The notes beneath the pieces are model-generated. The model was given only the letters and a program-made list of their open reading frames with translations. It had not been told where the DNA came from and did no database searches. A stretch of 64,000 nt of DNA. Source: Burkholderiales bacterium (GTDB lineage: Bacteria; Pseudomonadota; Gammaproteobacteria; Burkholderiales; SG8-39). A program made the position numbers and the translations under genes. Location: NCBI GenBank assembly GCA_035624235.1, contig DASPRX010000261.1, positions 61,125-125,124 on the forward strand, read 5' to 3'. The number at the start of each line of letters is the position of its first letter. The first letter of the stretch is position 1. Below, piece by piece: positions 49,536 to 60,100 of this stretch.

Positions 49536-50484
49536 AGCGGGCGTGAAGGAGAAGGGCGCAGCCAAGACCGCCCGCATCCCGGTGAAGATCGTTCCGCGCG
49601 AGCTGCTCGCCAAGCCCGGGTGGATCCGCGTCAAGGCGGCGAGCCCGGGGTCGCGCTTCTACGAGATCAAGGACATCCTGCGCGCGCAGCAGCTGCACAC
49701 CGTGTGCGAGGAGGCTTCCTGCCCGAACATCGCCGAATGCTTCGGCAAAGGCACGGCGACGTTCATGATCCTGGGCGACATCTGCACGCGCCGCTGCCCG
49801 TTCTGCGACGTCGCGCACGGCCGGCCCCTCGCGCCTGACGCCGCCGAGCCGCGCCATCTGGCCGACACGATCGCGCGCTTGGGCCTCGAATACGTGGTGA
49901 TCACCAGCGTCGATCGCGACGACCTGAAGGACGGCGGCGCGCAGCACTTCGTCGAATGCGTCCGGTCCGTGCGCGAGCGCTCGCCGCGCACCCGCATTGA
50001 GCTGCTGGTGCCGGATTTCCGCGGCCGCGTCGAGCGGGCCTTGGAGATCCTTGCCGCCGCTCCGCCCGACGTCATGAATCACAACCTGGAGACCGTGCCG
50101 CGCCTGTACCGCAAGGCGCGCCCCGGAGGGGACTACCGGCACTCTCTCGCGCTGCTCGCCGAATTCAAGCGGCGCCACGCCGGTGTGCCGACCAAGTCCG
50201 GGCTAATGGTCGGATTGGGCGAATCGGACGAGGAAATCCTGCAGGTCATGCGCGACTTGAAAGCGCACGAAGTGGATATGCTTACCGTCGGCCAGTACCT
50301 GCAGCCGTCCGCGCATCACCTGCCGGTCGAGCGCTACGTGCATCCGGACACCTTTGCGCTGTTCGCGCGCGAGGCGGGGGCGCTCGGTTTTCGCCACGCC
50401 GCGGTGGGTGCCATGGTGCGCTCGTCGTATCATGCCGACCGGCAGGCGCACGATGCTGGCCTCGGCAGACTGCCTGCCAGATAG
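49528..50484 (+). CDS. lipA: Lipoyl synthase LipA
   Basis: [12 protein letters not shown] plus the radical-SAM motif CTRRCPFC. Confidence 0.95.
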   Translation: MREAGVKEKGAAKTARIPVKIVPRELLAKPGWIRVKAASPGSRFYEIKDILRAQQLHTVCEEASCPNIAECFGKGTATFMILGDICTRRCPFCDVAHGRPLAPDAAEPRHLADTIARLGLEYVVITSVDRDDLKDGGAQHFVECVRSVRERSPRTRIELLVPDFRGRVERALEILAAAPPDVMNHNLETVPRLYRKARPGGDYRHSLALLAEFKRRHAGVPTKSGLMVGLGESDEEILQVMRDLKAHEVDMLTVGQYLQPSAHHLPVERYVHPDTFALFAREAGALGFRHAAVGAMVRSSYHADRQAHDAGLGRLPAR

Positions 50485-50508
50485 TTCCTGGTGACGCCGG
50501 GGGGCCCA

Positions 50509-50527
50509 GGCGCATGATGCGCCTTTT
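50509..50527 (+). terminator. Candidate rho-independent terminator after lipA
   Basis: GGCGCA-tga-TGCGCC followed by TTTT, about 25 nt after the lipA stop. Confidence 0.45.
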
Positions 50528-50543
50528 GCAAGGGGGGACAATC

Positions 50544-50765
50544 ATGAAAGGAATGGTGGTGTTTGCACTGCTGACGCTCGCGGTGACGCCGGCGCTGGCG
50601 CGGAAGGACTGCAACGAGCTGAAGTCGGAGATCGACGCGAAGATCAAGGCGAACGGTGTCCAGACATACACGCTCGAGATCGTGCCGAAGGACCAGGAAG
50701 CCGACGGCAAGGTGGTCGGCACCTGCGACGGCGGTACCAAGAAGATCGTCTACAAGCGCGGCTGA
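50544..50765 (+). CDS. Small secreted DUF1161-like protein
   Basis: ORF trimmed to ATG 50544 (GGGGGGA upstream). Signal peptide ...TPALA, then KDCNELKSEIDAKIKANGV...GTCDGGTKKIVYKR. Confidence 0.7.
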   Translation: MKGMVVFALLTLAVTPALARKDCNELKSEIDAKIKANGVQTYTLEIVPKDQEADGKVVGTCDGGTKKIVYKRG

Positions 50766-50775
50766 GCACCGGCTC

Positions 50776-51462
50776 ATGGGACGGGCGGCGGCATGGCTGC
50801 TTACCTGCGCCGCGTTCCTCGCAGCAGTGCCCGCTGCTGCGCAGCTCGAGCGCATCAGCAACAAGGATGCGGTGGCCGGCCTCAAGGCGGCGCTCGAAAA
50901 GGGCTCGCAGGCCGCGGTCGCGCAGCTCGGCCGGCAAGACGGCTTCTTCGGCGATGCGCGCGTCAAGATCCCGCTGCCCGAGTCGCTGCGCCGCGCGGAA
51001 GGGCTGATGCGGCGGCTGGGCATGGGCCGCTACGCCGACGAACTCGAGCTCACCATGAACCGCGCCGCGGAAGCCGCGGTGGCGGAAGCGAAACCATTGC
51101 TCGTCGACGCGGTGAAGAAGATGAGCGTGCAGGACGCCAAGGGGATCCTCACCGGCGGAGATACCGCGGGCACGGAGTACTTCCGGCGCACGACGCAGGA
51201 CCCGCTGCGCAAGAAGTTCCTGCCGATCGTGCAGCAGGCGACGAGGAAGGTGCAACTCGCGGAGAAGTACGACCAGTATGCGGAGGTCGGCGCGCGCTTC
51301 GGGCTGATCACCGAGCAGGACGCGAATCTCGATCAGTACGTGACGCAAAAGGCGCTGGACGGCCTGTATTTCATGATCGCCGAGGAAGAGAAGAAGATCC
51401 GCCAGGATCCGCTCGGCTCGGCCTCGAGCATCATCAAGAAGGTTTTCGGCGCGCTGCGCTGA
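50776..51462 (+). CDS. Secreted DUF4197-like protein
   Basis: ORF 50656..51462 trimmed to ATG 50776. Signal peptide ...VPAAAQ, helical repeats, and C-terminal DPLGSASSIIKKVFG. Confidence 0.7.
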   Translation: MGRAAAWLLTCAAFLAAVPAAAQLERISNKDAVAGLKAALEKGSQAAVAQLGRQDGFFGDARVKIPLPESLRRAEGLMRRLGMGRYADELELTMNRAAEAAVAEAKPLLVDAVKKMSVQDAKGILTGGDTAGTEYFRRTTQDPLRKKFLPIVQQATRKVQLAEKYDQYAEVGARFGLITEQDANLDQYVTQKALDGLYFMIAEEEKKIRQDPLGSASSIIKKVFGALR

Positions 51463-51475
51463 CGGCGCCGCGCGA

Positions 51476-54178
51476 CTAGTGGGCCTCGTCCCAGTTGTCG
51501 CCGACGCCGACGTCGACGATCAGCGGCACGTCGAGCTCGGCGACGCCCTGCATGCGCGCGCGCAGCCCCTCGGTCACGACTTCCAGCTCTTGCGGAGCCA
51601 CCTCGAGCACAAGCTCGTCGTGCACCTGCATGATCAGCCTGCTCGCGAACCCGCTCGCGTCTAGCCAATCCTGCACCGAGACCATCGCGAGCTTGATCAG
51701 GTCGGCGGCGGTGCCCTGCATCGGCGCATTGATCGCGGCGCGCTCGGCCGCCTGGCGCCTCTGCGGCGAACCGCTCCTGATCTCGGGCAGCCACAGGCGG
51801 CGCCCGAACACGGTTTCGACGTAACCCTGGCTGCGGGCGCGCTCGCGCGTCTCGTCCATGTAGCGCTTCACCCCGGGGTAGCGCGAGAAGTAGGAATCGA
51901 TGTACGCCTGCGCCGTCGCGCGCTCGATGCCGAGATTCTGTGCCAGCCCGAACGACGACATGCCGTAGATCAGGCCGAAGTTGATCACCTTTGCGGTGCG
52001 CCGCTCGTCGGCGCTGACCTCCGCCAGCGGGCGGCCGAACACCTCGGCGGCGGTCGCGCGGTGTACGTCGTGGCCGTGCGCGAAGGCGTGGCGCAGGCCT
52101 TCGTCCTGCGACAGGTGCGCCATGATGCGCAGCTCGATCTGCGAATAATCCGCCGAGACGATCTTCCAGCCGGGCGGCGCCACGAAGGCCTCGCGGATGC
52201 GGCGGCCCGCAGCCGTACGGATCGGAATGTTCTGCAGGTTCGGGTCGATCGAGGCGAGGCGGCCGGTCACCGCGGTCGCCTGCGAATAGGTGGTGTGCAC
52301 GCGACCGGTGCGCGCGTTCACCATGCGCGGCAGCTTGTCGGTGTAAGTCGACTTGAGTTTTGCCAGCGCGCGGAATTCGAGCAGGATCTTCGGCAGCGGA
52401 TAGTCCTGCGCGAGCTCCGCGAGCACGTCCTCGTCGGTCGAGGGCGCACCCGAAGGCGTCTTCTTCTTCACCGGCAGCCCCTGGCGCTCGAACAGGATCT
52501 CCTGGATCTGCTTGGGCGAGTTCAGGTTGAACGGCTGGCCGGCCGCCTGGTAGGCCCTCTGCTCGAGCTCGAGCATCTCGCGTCCGAGCTCGTGGCTCTG
52601 GCGCTCGAGCTTGGCCGCGTCGAGGAGCACGCCGTTGCGCTCCATACGCAGCAGCACCGGCAGCACCGGCAACTCGATTCTCTCGTACACGAACCTCAGC
52701 TTTTCGTCCGCGGAGATCTTCGCGAAAAGCACGTCGTGCACCGCGAGCGCGCAATCGGCGTCCTCCGCTGCGTACTCGGTCGCGCGCTGCACGTCGACCG
52801 CCGAGAAGGGGATGCGCGCCGCGCCCTTGCCGGTAACGTCGTCGTAGGAGATCGTCTTCCAGCCGAGGTGGCGCTGCGCGAGCGAATCAAGGTCGTGGCG
52901 CTCGTGCACCTCGTAGACGTACGACTCGAGCAGCGTGTCGTGCGCGATGGCCGCCAGGCGCACGCCGTGGTTGGCGAGAATGTGCGCGTCGAACTTCAGG
53001 TTCTGGCCGACCTTGGCGCGCGCCTCATCCTCCAGCCAGGGCTTGAGCAGCGCGAGCGCGCGCTCGACGCCAAGCTGCTCGGGCGCGCCAGGATACTCGT
53101 GCGCGAGCGGCAGGTATACCGCGGTATCGCCCCACGCGAAGGACATGCCCACGAGGCGCGCGAGCATCGGCTCCAGGCCCGTGGTCTCGGTGTCGAAGCC
53201 GACGAGCGGCGCTTCGCCGAGCCGCGCGACGAGCTCGCGCAGCGTGCGCTCGTCGCTCACGGGGGAATATCTGCGCCGTTGCCTCTGCGCGGGTGATTCC
53301 TGGCCCGCGCGCGGCGCGTCGCCGAGCTCGGCGAGCCAGGAGCGGAAGCCGAAGCGCCGGAACAGCTCTCGCTGGCGCGCGCGATTGCCCTCGCCGTCGA
53401 TTAGCGCATCGAGCCTCACCGGCAGCGCGACGTCGCGCCTGACCGTGAGCAGACTGCGTCCCTTGGGCAGCCAGTCGAGCGTGTTTCTCAGGCTCTCGCC
53501 GACCGCGCCGCTGATTTCTCCGGCATGCGCCATGACCCCCTCGAGCGAGCCGAACTGCGCGATCCACTTGGCGGCGGTCTTCGGCCCGACCTTGGGAACC
53601 CCGGGTACGTTGTCCACACTGTCGCCGATGAGCGCGAGATAGTCGACGATGCGCTCCGGCGTGACGCCGAACTTGGCCTGCACCGCGGGCGCGTCGAGCG
53701 TCTCGTTGGACATCGTGTTGACGAGCGTCACGCCCTCGCCGACGAGCTGCGCGAGATCCTTGTCGCCGGTTGAAATGACGCAGCGCCAGCCGCGCCCCTT
53801 CGCCTGCTCGGCAAGCGTTGCGATGACATCGTCCGCCTCGACGCCTTCGACCGAGAGCACCGGCCAGCCGAGCGCCTCGATCGCCTCCTTGAGCGGCTCG
53901 ATCTGCGCCGCGAGGTCGTCCGGCATCGGCGGCCGGTGCGCCTTGTACTCGGGATACTCCGCGTCGCGGAACGTCTTGCCCTTGGCGTCGAAGACGCAGG
54001 CGCGCGCCCCTGCCTTGTAGTCCGCGGCGAGCCGCCTTAGCATGTTCAGCACGCCGTAGATGGCGCCGGTGGGCTCGCCGCGCGGGCTCTTCAGCTCCGG
54101 CAGCGCGTGGAAGGCGCGATACAAGTACGACGAGCCGTCCACGAGCAGGAGCAACTTATCAGGGCTGTTCCCGGACAC
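51476..54178 (-). CDS. polA: DNA polymerase I
   Basis: 900 aa with a GTG start. 5'-nuclease domain (LLLVDGSSYLYRAFHA), 3'-5' exonuclease domain, and Pol A motifs (DYSQIELR, RRTAKVINFGLIYG, QVHDELV). Confidence 0.96.
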   Translation of the reverse strand: MSGNSPDKLLLLVDGSSYLYRAFHALPELKSPRGEPTGAIYGVLNMLRRLAADYKAGARACVFDAKGKTFRDAEYPEYKAHRPPMPDDLAAQIEPLKEAIEALGWPVLSVEGVEADDVIATLAEQAKGRGWRCVISTGDKDLAQLVGEGVTLVNTMSNETLDAPAVQAKFGVTPERIVDYLALIGDSVDNVPGVPKVGPKTAAKWIAQFGSLEGVMAHAGEISGAVGESLRNTLDWLPKGRSLLTVRRDVALPVRLDALIDGEGNRARQRELFRRFGFRSWLAELGDAPRAGQESPAQRQRRRYSPVSDERTLRELVARLGEAPLVGFDTETTGLEPMLARLVGMSFAWGDTAVYLPLAHEYPGAPEQLGVERALALLKPWLEDEARAKVGQNLKFDAHILANHGVRLAAIAHDTLLESYVYEVHERHDLDSLAQRHLGWKTISYDDVTGKGAARIPFSAVDVQRATEYAAEDADCALAVHDVLFAKISADEKLRFVYERIELPVLPVLLRMERNGVLLDAAKLERQSHELGREMLELEQRAYQAAGQPFNLNSPKQIQEILFERQGLPVKKKTPSGAPSTDEDVLAELAQDYPLPKILLEFRALAKLKSTYTDKLPRMVNARTGRVHTTYSQATAVTGRLASIDPNLQNIPIRTAAGRRIREAFVAPPGWKIVSADYSQIELRIMAHLSQDEGLRHAFAHGHDVHRATAAEVFGRPLAEVSADERRTAKVINFGLIYGMSSFGLAQNLGIERATAQAYIDSYFSRYPGVKRYMDETRERARSQGYVETVFGRRLWLPEIRSGSPQRRQAAERAAINAPMQGTAADLIKLAMVSVQDWLDASGFASRLIMQVHDELVLEVAPQELEVVTEGLRARMQGVAELDVPLIVDVGVGDNWDEAH

Positions 54179-54179
54179 G

Positions 54180-54896
54180 ATGATGAACGAGAAGCTGCCG
54201 AAGCCCGCGGGCCCGGCTTATGAGATCCCCTCGCGCGAAGCGTGGAGGCTGTTCGGCATTATGGCAGAGTTCGTCGAGGGCACCGAGCGGCTGGCCGGCA
54301 TCCGGCCGGCGGTGTCCATGTTCGGCAGCTCGCGTGCCGCGCCCGACTCGCCTGACTATGGGCTCGCGGAACGGACCGCGCGGCTGCTGTCGGACGCCGG
54401 CTTCGCGGTTATCTCGGGCGGCGGTCCCGGCGTCATGGAAGCGGCCAACAAAGGTGCATATTTCGGGCGCGGCCCCGCAGTGGGCCTCAACATCGAGCTG
54501 CCGCGCGAGCAGCGCGCCAACCCTTACCAGGACGTGAGCCTGCGTTTCCGGCACTTCTTCGCGCGCAAGGTGATGTTCGTGAAGTTCGCGACCGCGTATG
54601 TCGTGCTGCCAGGGGGCTTCGGCACGCTTGACGAGCTGTTCGAAGCGCTCACCCTGGTGCAGACCAGGAAGACGCGCCGCATGCCGATCGTGCTCATGGG
54701 GAGCAACTACTGGGCGGGGCTGCTGACATGGCTGCGCGAGCGGCTGGTGAAGGACGGCATGATCGATGCAAGCGACATCGGGCTGCTGCAGGTCATCGAC
54801 GAGCCGCAGCGGGTGGTCGATGCGATCTTCGCGCATTACGAGAAGCGCGGCTTCGAGCCGCTGCCCGAGGAACGCGAGGTGCTTCTCAATCTGTAG
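54180..54896 (+). CDS. LOG-family (TIGR00730) nucleotide phosphoribohydrolase
   Basis: ORF 54060..54896 trimmed to ATGATG 54180. Motifs GGGPGVMEA and PGGFGTLDELFE. Confidence 0.85.
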   Translation: MMNEKLPKPAGPAYEIPSREAWRLFGIMAEFVEGTERLAGIRPAVSMFGSSRAAPDSPDYGLAERTARLLSDAGFAVISGGGPGVMEAANKGAYFGRGPAVGLNIELPREQRANPYQDVSLRFRHFFARKVMFVKFATAYVVLPGGFGTLDELFEALTLVQTRKTRRMPIVLMGSNYWAGLLTWLRERLVKDGMIDASDIGLLQVIDEPQRVVDAIFAHYEKRGFEPLPEEREVLLNL

Positions 54897-54953
54897 GCGC
54901 CGGCATGTAAGTGTCAGCAGCGGCGCTCTGTTAGAATTTCATTAGCCCGGTCC

Positions 54954-55292
54954 ATGCGCCGAACCGTCATCATCGTGTTGGTCGCCATCGCGCTCCCGGC
55001 GTTCGCGCAGGGAGACGCGCCGCCGAAGCTCGAGCCGCTACCCGGGCCGCCGCCTCCGCCGCCCGGCGCCACCAATCCGCTGCAGGAGCCGAGCGTGCGC
55101 ATCCCGGTGCAGAAAGGGGACAAGGTCGAGCCGATCCGGGTGGGCGGTCAGGTGGTGATGCTCAAGGTGACGCCCAAGGACGGGCCGACCTACTACCTCA
55201 TCGACACTACCGGAAACGGCAACTGGATGCGGCGCGACTCGCTAGACAGCGGGGTGAGCGTGCCGATGTGGCCGATCAAGACCTGGGAATGA
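54954..55292 (+). CDS. Secreted DUF2782-like protein
   Basis: Signal peptide ...LPAFAQG, poly-Pro tract PLPGPPPPPPG, then YYLIDTTGNGNW. TAGAAT box at 54932-54937. Confidence 0.7.
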   Translation: MRRTVIIVLVAIALPAFAQGDAPPKLEPLPGPPPPPPGATNPLQEPSVRIPVQKGDKVEPIRVGGQVVMLKVTPKDGPTYYLIDTTGNGNWMRRDSLDSGVSVPMWPIKTWE

Positions 55293-55353
55293 GCTTGCGG
55301 GTTGCGCGCGCGCCGGCGCGCTGAGCGATCCGGCGCACACTCGCACCCGACCC

Positions 55354-56307
55354 ATGTCCGTCTACACGCCTGTAACCGAAGCGCAGCTCGCAGAGTGGTT
55401 GCGCGGCTATTCGATTGGTGCGCTGGCTGCGCTCGAGCCGATCGAGAGCGGCATCGAGAACACGAACTACTTCGTCACGACGAGCCAGGGTCGCTACGTC
55501 CTGACACTGTTCGAGCGGCTGCCTGCGGGCGAGCTGCCGTTCTATCTCGAACTCATGGCGCACCTGGCGCGGCACGGCATCCCCAGCCCGGCGCCGATCG
55601 CCGATATCTCCGACCAGTACTTGTCGCGGCTGAACGGCAAGCCCGCAGCGCTGGTCACGTGCCTGCCGGGAAAGTCGGTCGAACGGCCGGACGAGCGCGA
55701 TTGCGCCGAACTTGGCGCGCTGCTGGCGCGCATGCACCTCGCCGGCCGCTCCTACGGTGCATATCTCGACAACCCTCGGGGACCAAAGTGGTGGCGCGCC
55801 GCCGCGCGTGCGGTGCGCCCGTTCCTCGACGCGCAGGCCCTCGCGTTGCTCGACGAGGAGCTGCGCTTCCAGTCGCTGTACCGTTTTCCGGACCTGCCGC
55901 GCGGGCCGATTCACGCCGACCTGTTCCGCGACAACGCCCTGTTCGACGACGGGCGCATCACCGGGGTCATCGACTTCTACTTTGCCGGAGTCGATTGCCT
56001 GTTGTTCGACCTCGCGGTGTGCGCAAACGACTGGTGCCTGGTCGACGCGGGACACGACCGTCGGCTGGACGAGGCGAAGACGCACGCGCTGCTCGGGTCC
56101 TACACCGCTCTGCGCCCGCTCGCACCGCTCGAGCGCGGTGCGTGGCCGGTGCTGCTGCGCGCCGCGGGGCTGCGCTTCTGGCTGTCGCGCCTGCACGATC
56201 TGCACCTGCCGCGCCCCGGGGTGCTGGTGCACGCGCACGATCCGGAGCACTTCCGCGACGTCCTTGCGCTGCGCGCCGGAAGCGGCGAAGCGCCCTGGCT
56301 GGCATGA
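55354..56307 (+). CDS. thrB: Homoserine kinase, APH-fold (Pseudomonas-type ThrB)
   Basis: MSVYTPVTEAQLAEWL...GIENTNYFV...HADLFRDNALFD...IDFYFA. Colinear with P. aeruginosa ThrB as I recall it. Confidence 0.88.
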   Translation: MSVYTPVTEAQLAEWLRGYSIGALAALEPIESGIENTNYFVTTSQGRYVLTLFERLPAGELPFYLELMAHLARHGIPSPAPIADISDQYLSRLNGKPAALVTCLPGKSVERPDERDCAELGALLARMHLAGRSYGAYLDNPRGPKWWRAAARAVRPFLDAQALALLDEELRFQSLYRFPDLPRGPIHADLFRDNALFDDGRITGVIDFYFAGVDCLLFDLAVCANDWCLVDAGHDRRLDEAKTHALLGSYTALRPLAPLERGAWPVLLRAAGLRFWLSRLHDLHLPRPGVLVHAHDPEHFRDVLALRAGSGEAPWLA

Positions 56308-57086
56308 CGACCACCAGCGCGCGCGTGGTTCCGTGGCTGCGCGGGGCGCGCTGGCTCGCGGATGGCTGGCGGCTGTTTCGCGTCGCGCCGCTCGCCTGGA
56401 TCGCGCTGGTGTTCGGCTACTGGATGCTGATGATCATGGTGTCGATGCTGCCCGTCGTGGGCATCGCGCTCGCCTCGATTCTCGTGCCACCGTTCTCGGT
56501 CGGCTTCATGGCGGTGAGCCGCGCCGCGGCGCGGCGCGCGCCGCTCGCGCTGCCGCTGCTCTTCGCAGGCTTTCGCGAGCGCCCGCAAACGCAACTCCTG
56601 CTCGGCGGTGTCTATCTCGCGTGCCTCGCGCTCTTGCTCGCAGCGAGCACGCTGGCTGACGGCGGCGCCCTGGCGCAGTGGCTGCTGAGGGGCGAGCGGC
56701 CCGCGGCCGAGGCACTGCAATCGGGAGCGTTTTTCCTGGCGCTCGCGAGCGCCGCGGCGCTCTACCTGCCGGTCATGTTCGCCTTCTGGTTCGCCCCGGT
56801 GCTGGCTGCCTGGCACGGCATGGGTGTCGCGAAGGCGCTGTTTTTCAGCCTGTTCGCTTGCCTGATGAACTGGCGCGCATTTCTGTCGTACGGCGTGGCC
56901 ACCACGCTTATGACCGCCGCGGCACCGCTCGCGGCGCTAACCGCGCTCGACTGGATATCGCGCGGCGCTCTGCGCGCGCAGGCCGACGCGCTGCTGCTTC
57001 CGCTGCTGCTGGTGATCCTGCCGACGCTACTCGCGAGCTTCTACGCCAGCTACCGCGAGATCTTCGGCTCGCCGGAGGCGGCCTAA
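56304..57086 (+). CDS. Conserved multi-pass inner-membrane protein (BPSS1780/DUF2189-like; family assignment tentative)
   Basis: Only the last 260 codons of ORF 55302..57086 are plausible (ATG 56304, ATGA overlap with thrB). About 6 hydrophobic segments. Confidence 0.65.
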   Translation: MTTTSARVVPWLRGARWLADGWRLFRVAPLAWIALVFGYWMLMIMVSMLPVVGIALASILVPPFSVGFMAVSRAAARRAPLALPLLFAGFRERPQTQLLLGGVYLACLALLLAASTLADGGALAQWLLRGERPAAEALQSGAFFLALASAAALYLPVMFAFWFAPVLAAWHGMGVAKALFFSLFACLMNWRAFLSYGVATTLMTAAAPLAALTALDWISRGALRAQADALLLPLLLVILPTLLASFYASYREIFGSPEAA

Positions 57087-57139
57087 GCCCCTCTCGCCGG
57101 AGCGGTTGCTGCGTCGCAGCAGACGGCTAGAATCCGCCC

Positions 57140-60100
57140 ATGCAAGCGCGCCTGCGCGAGATTCCGTACAACTACACCTCGTTTTCCGATCGCGAGGTCG
57201 TCGCGCGCCTGCTCGGGCCGCGCGCATGGCAGCTGATTTCCGAGCTGCGCGCCGAGCGCCGCACGGGCCGCTCGGCGCGCATGCTCTACGAAGTGCTCGG
57301 CGAGATGTGGGTTGTGCTGCGCAACCCCTACCTCGAGGACGACCTGATCGCGCACCTGCGGCGCCGCGCCGAGGTGCTGGCCGGGATGCGCCGGCGGCTG
57401 GACGAGATCGAGGCGAGGCGCGGCGAAAGCGAGCGCGTCGCCGAGCTTCTGAGCGAAGCGCGCGCAGCTCTCGAGCGCTTCGAGGCCGGGTTCGAGGAAA
57501 CGCGCGCGCTGCGTGCGAAGGTGCGCCGCCGCCTGGCGCGCGTCACGCGCCGCGACAACGTGTGTTTCGACGGCTTCGCGCGCGTCTCGCATGTTACCGA
57601 CGCGACCGACTGGCGTGTCGAATACCCCTTCGTCGTGGTCACGCCCGACCGCGAGGAGGAAGTGCTGCCGGTGGTCAGAACCCTGATCGCGCTCGGCTTG
57701 ACCATCATTCCGCGCGGCGGCGGCACCGGATATACGGGAGGCGCGGTGCCGCTCACGCGCCGCTCGGCGGTGCTCAATACCGAAAAGCTGGAGGCTCTCG
57801 GGCCGGTCGAGTGGGCCGAGCTGCCCGGCACGCGACGCCGCGTGCCGACGATACGCTGTGGCGCGGGCGTGGTGACGCGCCGCGTGATGGAGGCGGCCGA
57901 GGCGCAGGGACTGGTGTTCGCCGTCGATCCGACTTCGGCCGACGCGTCCTGCATCGGCGGAAACGTCGCGATGAACGCCGGCGGCAAGAAGGCGGTGTTG
58001 TGGGGCACCGCGCTGGACAATCTCGCCTCCTGGCGCATGGTGACGCCGGAGGCAGAATGGCTCGACATCGAGCGCATCGGCCACAACCTGGGCAAGATCC
58101 ACGATGCGGCGACGGCGAGCTTCCGGCTGCGCCGCTACGCGGCCGACGGCAAGCGCCTGCTGGAAGAGCGCATGCTCGAGATCGAGGGTGCGCGCTTCAG
58201 GAAACGTGGGCTCGGCAAGGACGTCACCGACAAGTTCCTCGCGGGCCTGCCCGGGGTACAGAAGGAAGGCACCGACGGCGTCATCGTATCGGCCACTTTC
58301 GTGCTGCATCGCATGCCGGCGCAGGTGCGCACGGTGTGCCTCGAGTTCTTCGCCAGCGCCAGGGAGGCCGTGCCGGCTATCGTCGAGGTGAAGGCCTACC
58401 TCGACGGGCATGCGCAGGTGAAGCTCGCCGGACTGGAGCACCTCGACGAGCGCTACGTCAAGGCCGTCGGCTACGCCACCAAGTCGCGCCGCAACCAGCG
58501 CCCGCGCATGGTGCTAATCGGCGACATCGTCGGTGACGGCGTCGACGAGGTGGCGAGCGCTGCCTCGGCCGTGGTGCGCATCGCCAACGCGCGCGGCGGC
58601 GAGGGGTTTGTCGCGGTGTCTGCCGAGGCGCGGCGCCGTTTTTGGCTCGATCGCGCGCGCACCGCGGCGATTGCCAAGCATACCAACGCGTTCAAGATCA
58701 ACGAAGACGTGGTGATTCCGCTCGATTGCCTCGCCGAATACAGCGACGGCGTCGAGCGCCTCAACATCGAGTTCTCGATCGCCAACAAGCTCGAGCTGCT
58801 CGATGCGCTGGAAGAGTACTTCTCGGGCGAGCTGCCCCTGTACAAGTTCGAGGAGCCCGTGCCGGCGGCCGAGGTGCTCGGCGAGCGGCCGCAGCGCGCG
58901 CTGGAGCTGATCCGCGCGGTGCGCGCGCGCTGGCGCGAGCTCGGCGAGAACCTCGATGCGCGCTTCGCGGCGCTGCAGGCGCGCAGCGAGCGCCTTTCGT
59001 GGAAGACCGAAGTGCGCGAGCCGCTGCAGCGCATCTTCTCAGGGATCGCGTTCCGCCACGTCCTCGAAGGGGCGGATGGGGTGCATGCGCGCGTGCTGCG
59101 GGGCAGGGTATTCGTCGCGCTGCACATGCATGCGGGCGACGGCAACGTGCACACCAATATACCGGTGAATTCGGACGACTACGCGATGCTGGGGCGCGCC
59201 ACGCAGGCCGTCGCGCGCATCATGCGCTTGGCGAAGTCCCTGGGCGGCGTGATCTCGGGCGAGCACGGCATCGGCATCACCAAGCTCGAGTTCCTAGAGC
59301 CGGGCGAGCTCGAGGCATTCCGCGCCTACAAACAGGCGGTCGATCCGCAGGGGCGCTTCAACGCCGGCAAGCTGCTCGCCGGCAGCGACTTGAGCAACGC
59401 CTACACGCCGAGCTTCTCGCTGATCGGGGCGGAATCGCTGATCCTGGAGCAGTCCGACCTGGGCCGTGTCTCGGACTCGATCAAGGACTGCCTGCGCTGC
59501 GGCAAGTGCAAGCCGGTGTGCGCGACGCACGTGCCGCGCGCCAACCTGCTTTATTCGCCCCGCAACAAGATCCTGGCCGCGTCGCTGCTGATCGAGGCGA
59601 TCCTGTACGAAGAGCAGACGCGCCACGGCGTCGCGCTCTCGCACTATGCGGAGTTCGGCGATGTCGCCGACCATTGCACCGTGTGCCACAAGTGCGAGAG
59701 CCCCTGCCCGGTGGACATCGACTTCGGCGACGTGTCGATCGCCATGCGCAATCTCTTGCGGCGCAGCGGCAAGCGCCGGGCGAATCTCGGCACGCGCGCG
59801 TCGATGATGTTTCTGAGCGCGACCGACCCGCGCACGGTGAAGCTGACGCGCGCGGCGCTGATCGGCTGGGGCTACGGCCTGCAGCGCGCCGCGCACCGCA
59901 TGGCGCGCGGCCTCGGCCTGGCGCGCGCGCAAAGCGCGCATCCCCCGGCGAGCAGCGGACGGCGGTCGGCCGCGACGCAGATCATCCATCTGGTAAACAA
60001 GCCGATGCCAGGCGGCTTGCCGAAAAAAAGCGCGCGCGCGCTGCTCGACATCGAGGATCCGAAAGTCGTTCCGATCGTGCGCGACCCGGCCAGGGTGAGC

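Noticed and set aside
55308-55321. 14-bp GC-only palindrome GCGCGCCGGCGCGC between the DUF2782 gene and thrB
   Set aside because: It is a short all-G/C palindrome in about 70% G+C DNA with no U-tract and no second copy. It is likely chance or at most a weak stem-loop.
23774-57133. Recurring TAGAAT hexamer in several intergenic regions (23774, 54932, 57128, and also 11199) as a possible dispersed repeat
   Set aside because: Only the hexamer is shared and the flanks differ. Most copies sit at plausible -10 distances from starts, so they are ordinary promoter boxes and not a REP-like element.
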